A stretch of 34,002 nucleotides of DNA from NCBI GenBank assembly GCA_026391215.1, contig JAPLDX010000039.1:1-34002 (forward strand), read 5' to 3'. How positions within the stretch are numbered: the stretch's first letter is position 1; every line of letters begins with the position of its first letter. The notes beneath the pieces were generated by a model. That model saw nothing but the letters and a program-made list of their open reading frames with translations. It ran no database searches and was not told the DNA's origin. The position numbers were made by a program, and so were the translations under genes. This document shows positions 1 through 9,992 of the stretch, one piece after another. The stretch is from Bacteroidia bacterium (GTDB taxonomy: Bacteria; Bacteroidota; Bacteroidia; Bacteroidales; VadinHA17).

Positions 1-3000
1 ATATTCATGAGCAGTCATATTCTCATAGCTGCCGAATTCCTGAGGCAGGTACCCGATAAGCCCCTGGAGCTCCTCACGTTTTTTCTGGGTGTCAAGCCCG
101 TTTATCCATACCTTGCCATAGCTCTGCTCCAGGATCCCGCAGATGATCCTCATAAGTGTTGTCTTCCCTGCGCCATTTGGTCCAAGCAATCCGAACATCC
201 CGTTGCCAATGTCCATCGAAACACAGCTTAATGCTTTGAATGGCTTTTTCTTTTTCCCGATCAGAGGTACCGCTGCCACAATTTTATAGATTGTTTTTCT
301 TAAGCCTTTAAACCGGCCTTCAAGCCTGTAGATATCAATATTTTCCGTGCTTAATTTTTGTCCTGTCTTATAGATGAATAATGCTACGAACCATACAAAT
401 CCAAGTATGAGCACAACAGCAATATTATCCCATTTAAGCTGGAAAAGGACAAGGTTTAAAAGAGGGACGATCCAGAAAATCACGAAATCGATGACTGGGA
501 TCATTTTTTTCAGGAATCTTTTCTTACCGCCTGATGTCATATTGGTGAACAGTTCCTTGAACTGGTTCCAGATGGCAGAGAGGAAAAACCATGTCGCAAT
601 GCTGAAAATGAAGATCCAGAATCCCTTCTTAAGGTAGAAATATGTGAAATAGACCATGAATGCAAATAACGGAAGCTGCCATGCTACCTGTGTCATGTCC
701 TTCCATTTCCTGAAATGCCGTTTTAGGCCGAGCCTGGTCCTTATCCTGTCACCTGCCCTCCATTCACGGGCCCAGCGGTTTTCCCTGTCGTAGATCTTTA
801 CAAGACTTTGTACACGGATGTTGATGTTTTCTTCGGGAGGAATGACTGTCTCCCTTGCCTTTCTAAGGCTGTTCATTATAAACCATGTTGCTGCAGGAAC
901 TAAGATTACGCTGAGAATTGTGGTGATAAGCTTCCAGAGGAATTTATCTATATTAGTGTAAATCAGAAAGATCAATAAGCTAAACACAAGAAGCTGGATT
1001 ATTTGGTTCTTCCATCCCAGCGATTTGAACCAATCAAGTGCATTCTCAAGTCCTGAATAAAATGTAGGAATAAATATAAGTGTAAGAAGGGTGCTGAGAG
1101 TGAGTCCTCCAATGACAGTAATGGCAAAAGAGGCCCCGATTACTGAAACAAATTCAGCTTTGCCCATTGCCAGGGGAACCATGGCTATAACTGTTGTCGA
1201 AGCAGTAATGAGTATTGGCCTTATCCTTGCCATGCCCGCCGACATCAATGCCCGCGAGCGGCGATATCCCCGTTTTCTCAGGATATTTGTATAATCGATA
1301 AGTATGATCCCGTTGTTGACCACAACCCCGAGGAGTATCAGGAGACCCAGAAGGGTGTTCGCATTTATAAGTGTGTTGCCTGTAAGGATAAGCGCTATCA
1401 GTGATCCAAGGGCAGCGAGTGGAATGCTGAACAGAAGCACAAACGGTATTGCAAGAGACTCAAAAACAGCGGCGAGGATCATGAAAATAAGAAGGAAGGC
1501 AATTCCTATCAGCTTGTAAAAATCTTTGAACTGGTCCTCTTCATGCACTACCTCTACCGCAATTCCTGCAGGGATATTCAGCCCGGCGACAATTGATTCA
1601 ATTTCAATCCTTGCTCCCTCAAGGAGATCCTTAGAGGATTCAATCTCGCTTGTGAAATTATAGGTTACAGTCACCCTCTTTTCCTGGTTCTCCCTGTGGA
1701 TATTACCTGTCCCGTATGCGAAAATAATATTTGCAAGCTCTTCCATTTCCATCACCCCTCCTGAAGCAGTGCTTACTTCAAGACGCCTCAGGTCATCAAT
1801 TGTTTTATCTTCATTTCGGTTTGCCAGTGTGTCTTCTTCAGCATATTTAATAATAATATCATAGCTGTCGGTCCCCTGCTTGAATGTTGCCTCCGAGGAA
1901 TATTCCCTTCCGAAAGTCATCAGCGCTGCCGAAAGATTCATTAGATTAATATTGTTCCTGCCGATATAGTCCATGTCAAAATGAAGCTGAACTTCAGGTT
2001 TATTGTCCTGGACATTCAGATTTACCCTATCGATAGTGGTAAGTGCATCAACATAGGTTCTTATATCATTGGCAAGGTCTTTCATTTGTTCAAAATCCTG
2101 TCCCTTGATGATAACGCTTTCCGATTGAGAACCGATGCCAAGCATGTTCATAAATCCTTCTCCCGGATTAATGGTTTCACCACCACCTCCACCTCCTCCT
2201 TCAAATCCGCCGCCTGTCGAAATATCATCCATGCTTATTTCAGCAGAAGAGATATTCTTTGTTTTTTCCGAGATGTCATTTTTTATTTCAGGAAGGCTCC
2301 TTTTGCTTTTTTTGTCCCAGTCTTCCGGAAGACTGATGGTTACGGTAGCCTGGTCTTCCTCGATACGGCTGACAATATCCTGCTTCTCCGGCAGTGATGC
2401 CAGCCTTGATTCAATTTCCGAAACGACTGCATCGGTTTTTTTAAGCGTTGATCCGGCCGGCATTGTCACGCTCAGCCTGAAATCAGGCGTATTTATTTCC
2501 TGGGGATTGTTCAGACTTAATGTCAGGCTTATGAGAAGCGCAGCAAAAAAGAGAGCCAGCGTCCCGATAATTGTTGATGCGGGCTTTCTCATACTTGCTT
2601 TAAGCACAAGATGGTATGCCTGGATCAGCCTGTCATGCAGGGATAGTTTCTTGAATACTTCTGAATTGCCTGTTGATTTTCCTGACAGAAGGAAGTTTGT
2701 TGCCATCGGGATGAACAGCACCGCAACTGCAAGAGATACAAGGAGGGTTGAGACTATTGAAACTCCAATGTTCTTTCCGATTATTTTGATCAGGAAGTTT
2801 GTCGAAAATATAAAGGGGAAGAAGACCACGATGGTTGTCAGGGTGGAGGCAAATATAGCCCTCCAGACTTCTCTGGTACCTTGCTTTACGGCTGTCTCAG
2901 GATCCTTGCCCAAGCCCGCAAGTCGATAGATATTCTCGAGCACCACCACGGAGTTATCGACCAGCATTCCAATAGCAAGTGCAATGCCGACCAGAGTAAG

Positions 3001-4149
3001 GCTGTTGATGGTTATATCATAGGCATAAAAGAAATTGAATGCAGCGTAAACTGAAATAGGCATTGAGACTGCAATAACTGTCACGAGACGAACATTCCTT
3101 AGAAAGAACCAGAGAATAATTATAGCCAGGATAGCTCCTGTTATTGCCAGGTTAATGATCTGGTTGATATTCTCCTCCATCGTCTCGGCGCTGTTATACT
3201 GAACGACAACTTCGACTCCGGCAGGAGCAAGATCCCTGTTAAGCTTGTTTACCTGGTCTATGGCATCATGTGACAGCTTGATAAGATTAGCCTGGTTATC
3301 ATTAACAAGGTTCACTGTAACAGCATCCATCCCGTTGACCCTGCTGTATGACGTCTGCTCCTTAACACCATAAAAGATCTCGGCAATATCGCGCAGCAAT
3401 ACAGGCCCTTCCTGCTTGACGATGATACTGCCAATTTCATTTACATCAGTATATTCCGAGGTAATGTTTACGAACAGCTCGTTATTGCCGTCAACTACCT
3501 TGCCAGCGAAAGTCTTTTCCCTTCCGTTATTGTTAAGCAGAGTCCTGATCTGTCCCATAGTTATTCCCAGGGATTTACATGCTTTCTCGTTGAGACGGAT
3601 CTCAATTGAATTCTCCTGACCTCCGTAAACCTGCACTCCGGCAATGCCATCAATGTTCTCAAATTTGGGCTTGATATCCCTGTCTGTGATGTTTCTGATC
3701 CTGTCAACGCCTCCCTCTCCCAATACCTGGAGCGCCATGAACTGGTTTGTCAGCTCCTCAAGGTCAATCTTTATTACATTAATAATAAACTCCTGGGGAA
3801 TTGAACTCTTTACCAGATCTATTTTTTCCTGCAGCTTGAGGTTAGCATATTTAAGATCGGCATTCTGATTGTAATAGATCACGATTGTACCGAAACGGGA
3901 GCTGATGTTTGTTTCTATCTTTTCAACTCCCTCAAGTGTACCTATCGTTCCTTCAATAGGAATGATAGCTTGTGTTTCTATATATGAAGGGTCCATTTCC
4001 AGGGGAGTGCCAACCTGGACTAACAATGCCGGAAGCTGCGCATTCGGGATGAGCTCAAGTGATAATTTCTTATAAGAGATGTAGCCGAGCATTGACAGCC
4101 CGGTAAATAACATTATGATAAGGATCCTTCTTTTTAAAATAAAGTCCAT
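1..4149 (-). CDS. AcrB/HAE1-like RND permease fused C-terminally to extra TM helices and an ABC ATP-binding domain (>=1383 aa, 3' end outside window)
   Basis: Manual translation from ATG at 4149: [40 protein letters not shown]...; TM4 [16 protein letters not shown] (~2970-2925); TM10 [10 protein letters not shown] (1320); [12 protein letters not shown]; TM12 [20 protein letters not shown]. Same frame then gives [22 protein letters not shown] (Walker A 183-157) and Q-loop [10 protein letters not shown] (60-31). 1320->1 was read codon by codon with no stop. For the rest, any in-frame stop would have produced a closed minus-strand ORF in the track, and none is listed. Confidence 0.93.
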   Translation of the reverse strand, partial: [1383 protein letters not shown]

Positions 4150-4156
4150 TTTTCTC

Positions 4157-7100
4157 TTAAGATTGAACAGGATCTGCTGCAGTTCTTCTTTTACCTCTTA
4201 CAAAAACGCTGAATGAATCAAAAACCCAGTAGACACATGGAATGACAACAAGTGTCAGAAGCGTTGAGGATACCAGTCCTCCGATCACCGCCAGGGCCAT
4301 CGGAGACCTTAGTGATGCACTTTCCCCGATACCGATTGTCAGCGGCAGCAGAGCCAGTATTGTTGTCAGACTTGTCATAAGGATCGGCCTGATACGCTGT
4401 GATCCGGCAAGTACAATGGCATCTTTCTTCTCCATTCCCCCTTCCCTCAGCTGATTTATCCTGTCTATGAGTATTATCGCGTTGTTGACAGCAATCCCCG
4501 CCAGCATTATGATACCGATATAAGCCATCATGTTCAGCGATTTGCCAAGCAGAAAGAATATCAGTACAGTTCCGACTCCGGCAAGAGGGATGGTAAGCAT
4601 AATGACAAAAGGCTGTATTATTGATTCAAACTGTGCTGCCAGCACCATGAATACAAGGACCAGTGAAAGGATCAATGCAAACGTCAGATTTGTATTGGAT
4701 TCTTCTCTTTTCATCTCCTCTCCGGTGAACTCCATCTTGTAATCAACCGGCATAACAATGCCTTTCAAAGCTGATTCAGCGTCTCTGATGACCTGGTCAA
4801 ATGCCATACCCGGTTTTACCATTGCATATATGTAGCACGTTCTCGACTGGTTACGCCTCGTAATTTCCCTTGGACTCACAATTGTCCTTATATCAGCCAG
4901 TTCGCTTAACGGAACCCTCACATTGCCGGCAGTTATCATGAGATCCTGAAGCTGATGCAGTGATATCTCTCCAAGCCTGATTGTAATATCTTTCAGCTCT
5001 CCCTCCTGTTCAAAGCTGCCGGCTGCAGCTCCCTCAAGATAGCTCTTTAGCTGGTTGATCACATTCTCGACGGTAACATTGTAATAGCTCGTCTTAAAAC
5101 GGTCAATGGCCACCTCTACCTCAGGAGTTCCTTCATCCATTGAGGTTGTAAGATTACTGAGCCCGGGATTTTGTTCAAGGATTGCCCTGGATTCCTTAAG
5201 GATCTTTTCAAGCTCAATATAATCCTCACCTGAGATCTCAAGTGCAAAGGGAGATTCAGTTGTTCCGAGCGATGTCTGAAGTGCAGTCTCTTCCCTGGTA
5301 AAGTTCACTTCCAGGTCAGGGACAGATTCAAGGTAGTTCTCAATCAGGGTTATTGAACTTTCAGTCTCTGATGCATATTTATCGGTAAGGATCACTTTGA
5401 GGGAAGCTGTGTTTTCACCTTGTACAGTCGATGTCTGGCTTATTGTTGAAGTATTGTCTTCCCCCGACTGGCTGTATATCATTTTTATCTTTTCACCGAG
5501 AAGTTCCCTGATGATACCTTCAGTATTGGAGGCGGTGCTGAAAGTCCTTTCCAGGCTGGTGCCTTCAGGCAGCTTCAATTCGATTGTAAATTCGGCTGAT
5601 TCGGATTTTGGCATAAATTCACTTCCCAGCTGAGGTATAAGCAGGGCACAGGCACCCATCAGAATGACAGCCAGGAGAATGACAAGATTTCTCTTTTCCA
5701 CGATTTTCTCCAGGAACCTGGTATACCAGGTAAATTTGACCGGTGCGCTTAAACGGTCTTTTTTCTTAGTATCTCTGAACAATGTTGAAACCAGCATTGG
5801 TATTACAAGCATTGCTACGAGAAGTGATGAAAGAAGGGAAAAAGCCACCGTCCATGCCTGGTCCCTGAACATTTCACTTGATGCGCCATGAAGGTAAACG
5901 ATAGGAAGAAAAACCACAATTGTTGTAACGGTGGATGATGTGATTGCTGCCCCCACCTGGCCGGCGCCATTTATTACCGCATCTTTCAGCGGCATTCCTT
6001 CCTCAGTCAGACGGGTAATATTCTCGAGTACGACGATTGAATTATCCACAAGCATTCCAGCTCCCAGGGCAAGTCCGCCCAAAGTCATTATATTGAGAGT
6101 GAGGTGATTGAAGTACATCAGGTTGAATGTGGCAATTATAGATATTGGAATTGCCACACTTATTACCAGGGTTGTCCCTATTCTCCTGAGAAAAATATAC
6201 AGGACGAAAACCGCAAGAAGGATACCTATTAATAATGTATTCTTTACTTCACCTATTGCATTCTTAATATAGGTTCCCTGGTCCAGCACCTTGATGAATT
6301 CATATCCTGGCAATGCTTTCCCCAGGTCAATAATAGCCTTATCAAGGCTTTTTACTGCATCAACAGTATTGAATTTAGGTTCTTTATATATTGAAAGCCC
6401 GATACACCTCTCCCCATTGATTGTAACAATGTTCTGAGGATCTTTATTTGCAAAACCGATTTTTGCAACATCCCTCAGGTATACAGGCACCCTTGCTGAA
6501 GATGAAGCAGTGGAACCACCAGCAGCCGAAACGGCTGAAACATTTGCAGCTGATGAACTTCCTGAAGATGATGCCTGTTTGAAGCCGACAATAATATTCT
6601 CAAGATCCTGAAGATCTTCAAGAACACTAACACCTTTAACGACATATTTTGTTCCCATGTCGACTATCGAGCCTCCCGAAACATTCCTGTTGTAATTACT
6701 AATCTGTGCTGCTATCCCGTCAGATGTAAGCCCGAATGACTCAAGCAGATATTTGTTTGTCTTAATTACCACTTCACTCTCTTCCACACCGGTCAGTTTC
6801 ACGTCGGCCACACCTTCAATCCTTACGAGCTCATTGCGGATATAATTTTCAGCAACTTTCCTTAGCTCATCCATATTGGTTATGCGGTCATTCTTAAGTC
6901 CAACGATCATTACAGGAGATGCATTGGGATCGTACTGTGAAATTGTAAAATCCTCAAGATCAGAGTTCTGACTGAATGAATTCAGCTCTTTCTGAAGATC
7001 AAGGAATGCCTCATCCATATCCTTGTTCCAGTTGTATTCCACTGTTATATTGGCTGAACCGGCATGTGATACAGACGACACCTGTGTCACATTACTCTGC

Positions 7101-7321
7101 CTCATAGCCAGTGATTCAATCTGATCAACATAATTCTTTTCTATCTCTTCGGGAGGCTTTTCACCTGCTTTCAGCTCAATATAGATCTTTGGAGTGTTGA
7201 GATCAGGAAACAGGTCAGTGCCGAGCTTACCGAACGAGATAAATCCCAGCAGGACGATGCCCAGCATCAGCATAAGAACCGTGACCGGGTATTTGACAGC
7301 AAATCGGGCAATAGCGTTCAT
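4157..7321 (-). CDS. Efflux RND transporter permease subunit (AcrB/AcrD/AcrF family), 1054 aa
   Basis: ORF track; typical length and motifs GMLVDNSIVVLENI, LAAQFES, GIAVNNAIILID, RIRPILMTSLTT, AVIGGL. Confidence 0.97.
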   Translation of the reverse strand: MNAIARFAVKYPVTVLMLMLGIVLLGFISFGKLGTDLFPDLNTPKIYIELKAGEKPPEEIEKNYVDQIESLAMRQSNVTQVSSVSHAGSANITVEYNWNKDMDEAFLDLQKELNSFSQNSDLEDFTISQYDPNASPVMIVGLKNDRITNMDELRKVAENYIRNELVRIEGVADVKLTGVEESEVVIKTNKYLLESFGLTSDGIAAQISNYNRNVSGGSIVDMGTKYVVKGVSVLEDLQDLENIIVGFKQASSSGSSSAANVSAVSAAGGSTASSSARVPVYLRDVAKIGFANKDPQNIVTINGERCIGLSIYKEPKFNTVDAVKSLDKAIIDLGKALPGYEFIKVLDQGTYIKNAIGEVKNTLLIGILLAVFVLYIFLRRIGTTLVISVAIPISIIATFNLMYFNHLTLNIMTLGGLALGAGMLVDNSIVVLENITRLTEEGMPLKDAVINGAGQVGAAITSSTVTTIVVFLPIVYLHGASSEMFRDQAWTVAFSLLSSLLVAMLVIPMLVSTLFRDTKKKDRLSAPVKFTWYTRFLEKIVEKRNLVILLAVILMGACALLIPQLGSEFMPKSESAEFTIELKLPEGTSLERTFSTASNTEGIIRELLGEKIKMIYSQSGEDNTSTISQTSTVQGENTASLKVILTDKYASETESSITLIENYLESVPDLEVNFTREETALQTSLGTTESPFALEISGEDYIELEKILKESRAILEQNPGLSNLTTSMDEGTPEVEVAIDRFKTSYYNVTVENVINQLKSYLEGAAAGSFEQEGELKDITIRLGEISLHQLQDLMITAGNVRVPLSELADIRTIVSPREITRRNQSRTCYIYAMVKPGMAFDQVIRDAESALKGIVMPVDYKMEFTGEEMKREESNTNLTFALILSLVLVFMVLAAQFESIIQPFVIMLTIPLAGVGTVLIFFLLGKSLNMMAYIGIIMLAGIAVNNAIILIDRINQLREGGMEKKDAIVLAGSQRIRPILMTSLTTILALLPLTIGIGESASLRSPMALAVIGGLVSSTLLTLVVIPCVYWVFDSFSVFVRGKRRTAADPVQS

Positions 7322-7326
7322 GTCTG

Positions 7327-8379
7327 TTATTTGATTATTTTCACTTTCGACCTGTTGCTGAGGGTCTCAAAGCCGCCTGTAACCACGCGTTCATTTTTAG
7401 CAAGCCCCCTGGTAACCTCAACATCAGTGATATTCTCAAGTCCTGTTTCAATTATACGTTCCGCTGCAACGCCACGGTCAACTATGAATACTGTCTTACC
7501 TCTCTGACGGGATAGTATGATGCTCTTCGGAATTACAATTACGGAATCCCTGAGGTCAGTCACTATATCTGCTTTCACGAACATTCCCGGCCGCAAAAGG
7601 TAATCCTGGTTATCAATGGATACAGTTCCCTTGAAGGTCCTTGTATCGGCATTTATTGCCGGTGACAATTGTGTCACATGGCCTATTATGGTATCTTCGG
7701 GAATCGTATAATTTGTAAGCTTGACAACCTGCCCGGCTTTAATGACAGAGATATATTTTTCAGGCATCTGGACATCCATGTACATTGTCCTGTAGTCCAT
7801 TATCTTAACGATTGTCAATCCGGTTTCAATCTGTGTGCCCTGTGTATGATATGGCAGATCTACAATAACACCATCGATCGGAGCAACTATTTTTGTCTTT
7901 GCCAGCTGCAGCTTTGAATTGACAACAGTCGTCTTTGCATTTTCATAGTTGATGCCCGCGGTCTTAAGCTCCTTGAGAGTGACTCCTCCTTTTTCGTACA
8001 GTGATTCCTGCTTTCTCAGCTCTGTTTCCATGAGCTCAAGGTTAAGCTTGTTTGTCTCCATCTTAACGGAATTTATATACTCCTCGTCCTCGAGCCTGGC
8101 AATCAGATCGCCGGTTTTGACCTTGTCGCCCATCTGCCACATTTTCCCGGTCTGTGGATTTCTTTCAAGAAAATATGTTGCGCCAATTTTTGATTTAAGC
8201 TCTATCTCTCCTTTTGGGAATGCAGTGCCGGTAGTATTGATGAATTCCTCAATTGGCCTGAGCTTAAGCTCCTCGACTGAAACAGGGATCTCGACATCTG
8301 CTGTCAGGTTCTGGTCCTGGTTACGGCATGAGGCAAGTGCAAAAAGCAAGGCTGCGGCTAGGATTAGATTTTTCTTCAT
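7327..8379 (-). CDS. RND periplasmic adaptor (membrane fusion protein), predicted lipoprotein
   Basis: Lipobox-like LASC at residue 18; GDKVKTGDLIARL and IVAPIDGVI lipoyl halves, LRPGMFV, VIPKS, GLAKNERVVTGG. Confidence 0.95.
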   Translation of the reverse strand: MKKNLILAAALLFALASCRNQDQNLTADVEIPVSVEELKLRPIEEFINTTGTAFPKGEIELKSKIGATYFLERNPQTGKMWQMGDKVKTGDLIARLEDEEYINSVKMETNKLNLELMETELRKQESLYEKGGVTLKELKTAGINYENAKTTVVNSKLQLAKTKIVAPIDGVIVDLPYHTQGTQIETGLTIVKIMDYRTMYMDVQMPEKYISVIKAGQVVKLTNYTIPEDTIIGHVTQLSPAINADTRTFKGTVSIDNQDYLLRPGMFVKADIVTDLRDSVIVIPKSIILSRQRGKTVFIVDRGVAAERIIETGLENITDVEVTRGLAKNERVVTGGFETLSNRSKVKIIK

Positions 8380-8398
8380 TTTATTATGAATTTATTTT

Positions 8399-9883
8399 TT
8401 ATTCTTCTATTGACATTACCGGTGATACAGCCTCCTTCTTTTCAAAGTCATAGAGAGTCTGTATTTTAAGATTCAGCAACTCAAACTTATAGGATATAAG
8501 CGAATTGGTATATGAAAGCTGTTTCTCTGAAAGCTGGTTCTGAAATATATTCAGGTCCATACCTGTAAGATCGCCATTCTTGTATTTTTCAAGATTAAGA
8601 TCATAAGTAAGCTGAGCATTTATTACATTCTGACGTGCTATTTCGATCTGATTCTGAAGATTAAGCAGGTTCCTGTAAACCTTTCTTATACTGAGAATTA
8701 TATCATTCTGCTCCTCTTCCAGCGATATGTTTGCAGTCTCTATTGACGCCTCTGATGCTTTGATACGTGATTTTCTTTCTCCCCAATCCCATAATGGTAT
8801 GATAAGCGAAAGAGACACACTTTCATTATCTGTAGGATTATCATACACACCTCCGAATTTTTCATTATCCCCGAAGAGGCCGACCGAAAGGCCAAGACTT
8901 CCTTTAAATTCATTGAGTGATTTGGTCTGCATTAATTCGAATTCAGATTCCTCAATGCTTATTTTCCTTTGCCTCAGCTCCATCCTGTTTGCCAGTCCCT
9001 GATCGATTGCAAATGAAATATCTATCTGAACAGTATCCACTGCAATGTTAGGCAGTACGATGAGGTCATCATAAAGACTCATTCCGATCAGAACTTTAAA
9101 ATCATCCTTGGCATTTTCAAGATCGACCTGCTTGTTTTCATAATCCGATCTTGCTGTGGCAAGGTTAAGTTCTGCCTGGAACATTTCTTCACGGGGGGAG
9201 ATGCCGGCATCAACCTTATTCCTTGATACCTCGTAGCTTTTCTTCATATTCTCATATGCCTGGCTGGCTATATCAAGACTCTGCTGCTGCTGGTATACAT
9301 AGTAAAAAGCCTGGGTTACCATATTCTCAAGCGATAACAGCTGTATGGCATAGTTGAGCTGTGAATTTTCAAGGGCGAGCTCGAGTTCCCTCAGCTGGAG
9401 CTTTGTCCTGTTATATGTGAACAAAGGCTGATCGAGGCTCAGGGATAGATTATTGCTGAATCCTTTTGTCGTCTGATCGGTGTATTCGCTGTAAGAATCG
9501 GTATACCCGAACTTATTTGTTAATGAGACTCTTGCGTCGGTAAGAACTATCGGCTGTGATATTGTGAAAAGGCTATAGCTTTCAGTAGTTTGGGTTGAGT
9601 TCCATTTAGATATAAGCTCATTGAATGTCCTGTTCTGGCTATAGCCAATCGGGTTTACTGACAGGGAGAAGCTCGATTTCAATGCAGCCTTCTGTGCATT
9701 CAGATTCTCCTGGCTTCTTACCAGGCTGAGCCTTGTCTTTTTCATCGTCGGACTGTTTGTCTCGGCAACCTTCAGCGCCTCCTCAAGAGTCAGCCCCTTC
9801 TGCGGAAAAACACATAACGTACTTATTATCAGCAAGAATCCTGAAAATATATACCTGCTTCTTGTTTTAATTAGAATTTTCAT
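8399..9883 (-). CDS. TolC-family outer membrane efflux protein
   Basis: LTLEEALKVAETNS start, LSLDQPLF, VTQAFY, LIIPLWDWG, two OEP halves. Start set at ATG 9883 before the signal peptide; ATG 9910 is an alternative. Confidence 0.93.
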   Translation of the reverse strand: MKILIKTRSRYIFSGFLLIISTLCVFPQKGLTLEEALKVAETNSPTMKKTRLSLVRSQENLNAQKAALKSSFSLSVNPIGYSQNRTFNELISKWNSTQTTESYSLFTISQPIVLTDARVSLTNKFGYTDSYSEYTDQTTKGFSNNLSLSLDQPLFTYNRTKLQLRELELALENSQLNYAIQLLSLENMVTQAFYYVYQQQQSLDIASQAYENMKKSYEVSRNKVDAGISPREEMFQAELNLATARSDYENKQVDLENAKDDFKVLIGMSLYDDLIVLPNIAVDTVQIDISFAIDQGLANRMELRQRKISIEESEFELMQTKSLNEFKGSLGLSVGLFGDNEKFGGVYDNPTDNESVSLSLIIPLWDWGERKSRIKASEASIETANISLEEEQNDIILSIRKVYRNLLNLQNQIEIARQNVINAQLTYDLNLEKYKNGDLTGMDLNIFQNQLSEKQLSYTNSLISYKFELLNLKIQTLYDFEKKEAVSPVMSIEE

Positions 9884-9939
9884 TTTATCTATTTGAATTC
9901 TTTTAACCATTTTCTTAACCAAGGAGTTACACTGTTTTT

Positions 9940-9992
9940 TCTCCCCTTATTCTTAAGGGGAGACGTCACGAGCTTGCGAGTGACAGAGGGGT
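9940..9992. repeat. REP-like intergenic palindrome (CCCCT...AGGGG type)
   Basis: TCTCCCCTTA-ttct-TAAGGGGAGA perfect 10-bp stem (9940-9963), then GTCAC-N10-GTGAC (9965-9984) and AGAGGGGT. Confidence 0.7.

Noticed and set aside
7-3868. Plus-strand ORFs over 1-4149, including the 264-aa one with poly-Pro
   Set aside because: Antisense shadows of the RND::NBD gene; the poly-Pro is the reverse complement of its Gly run.
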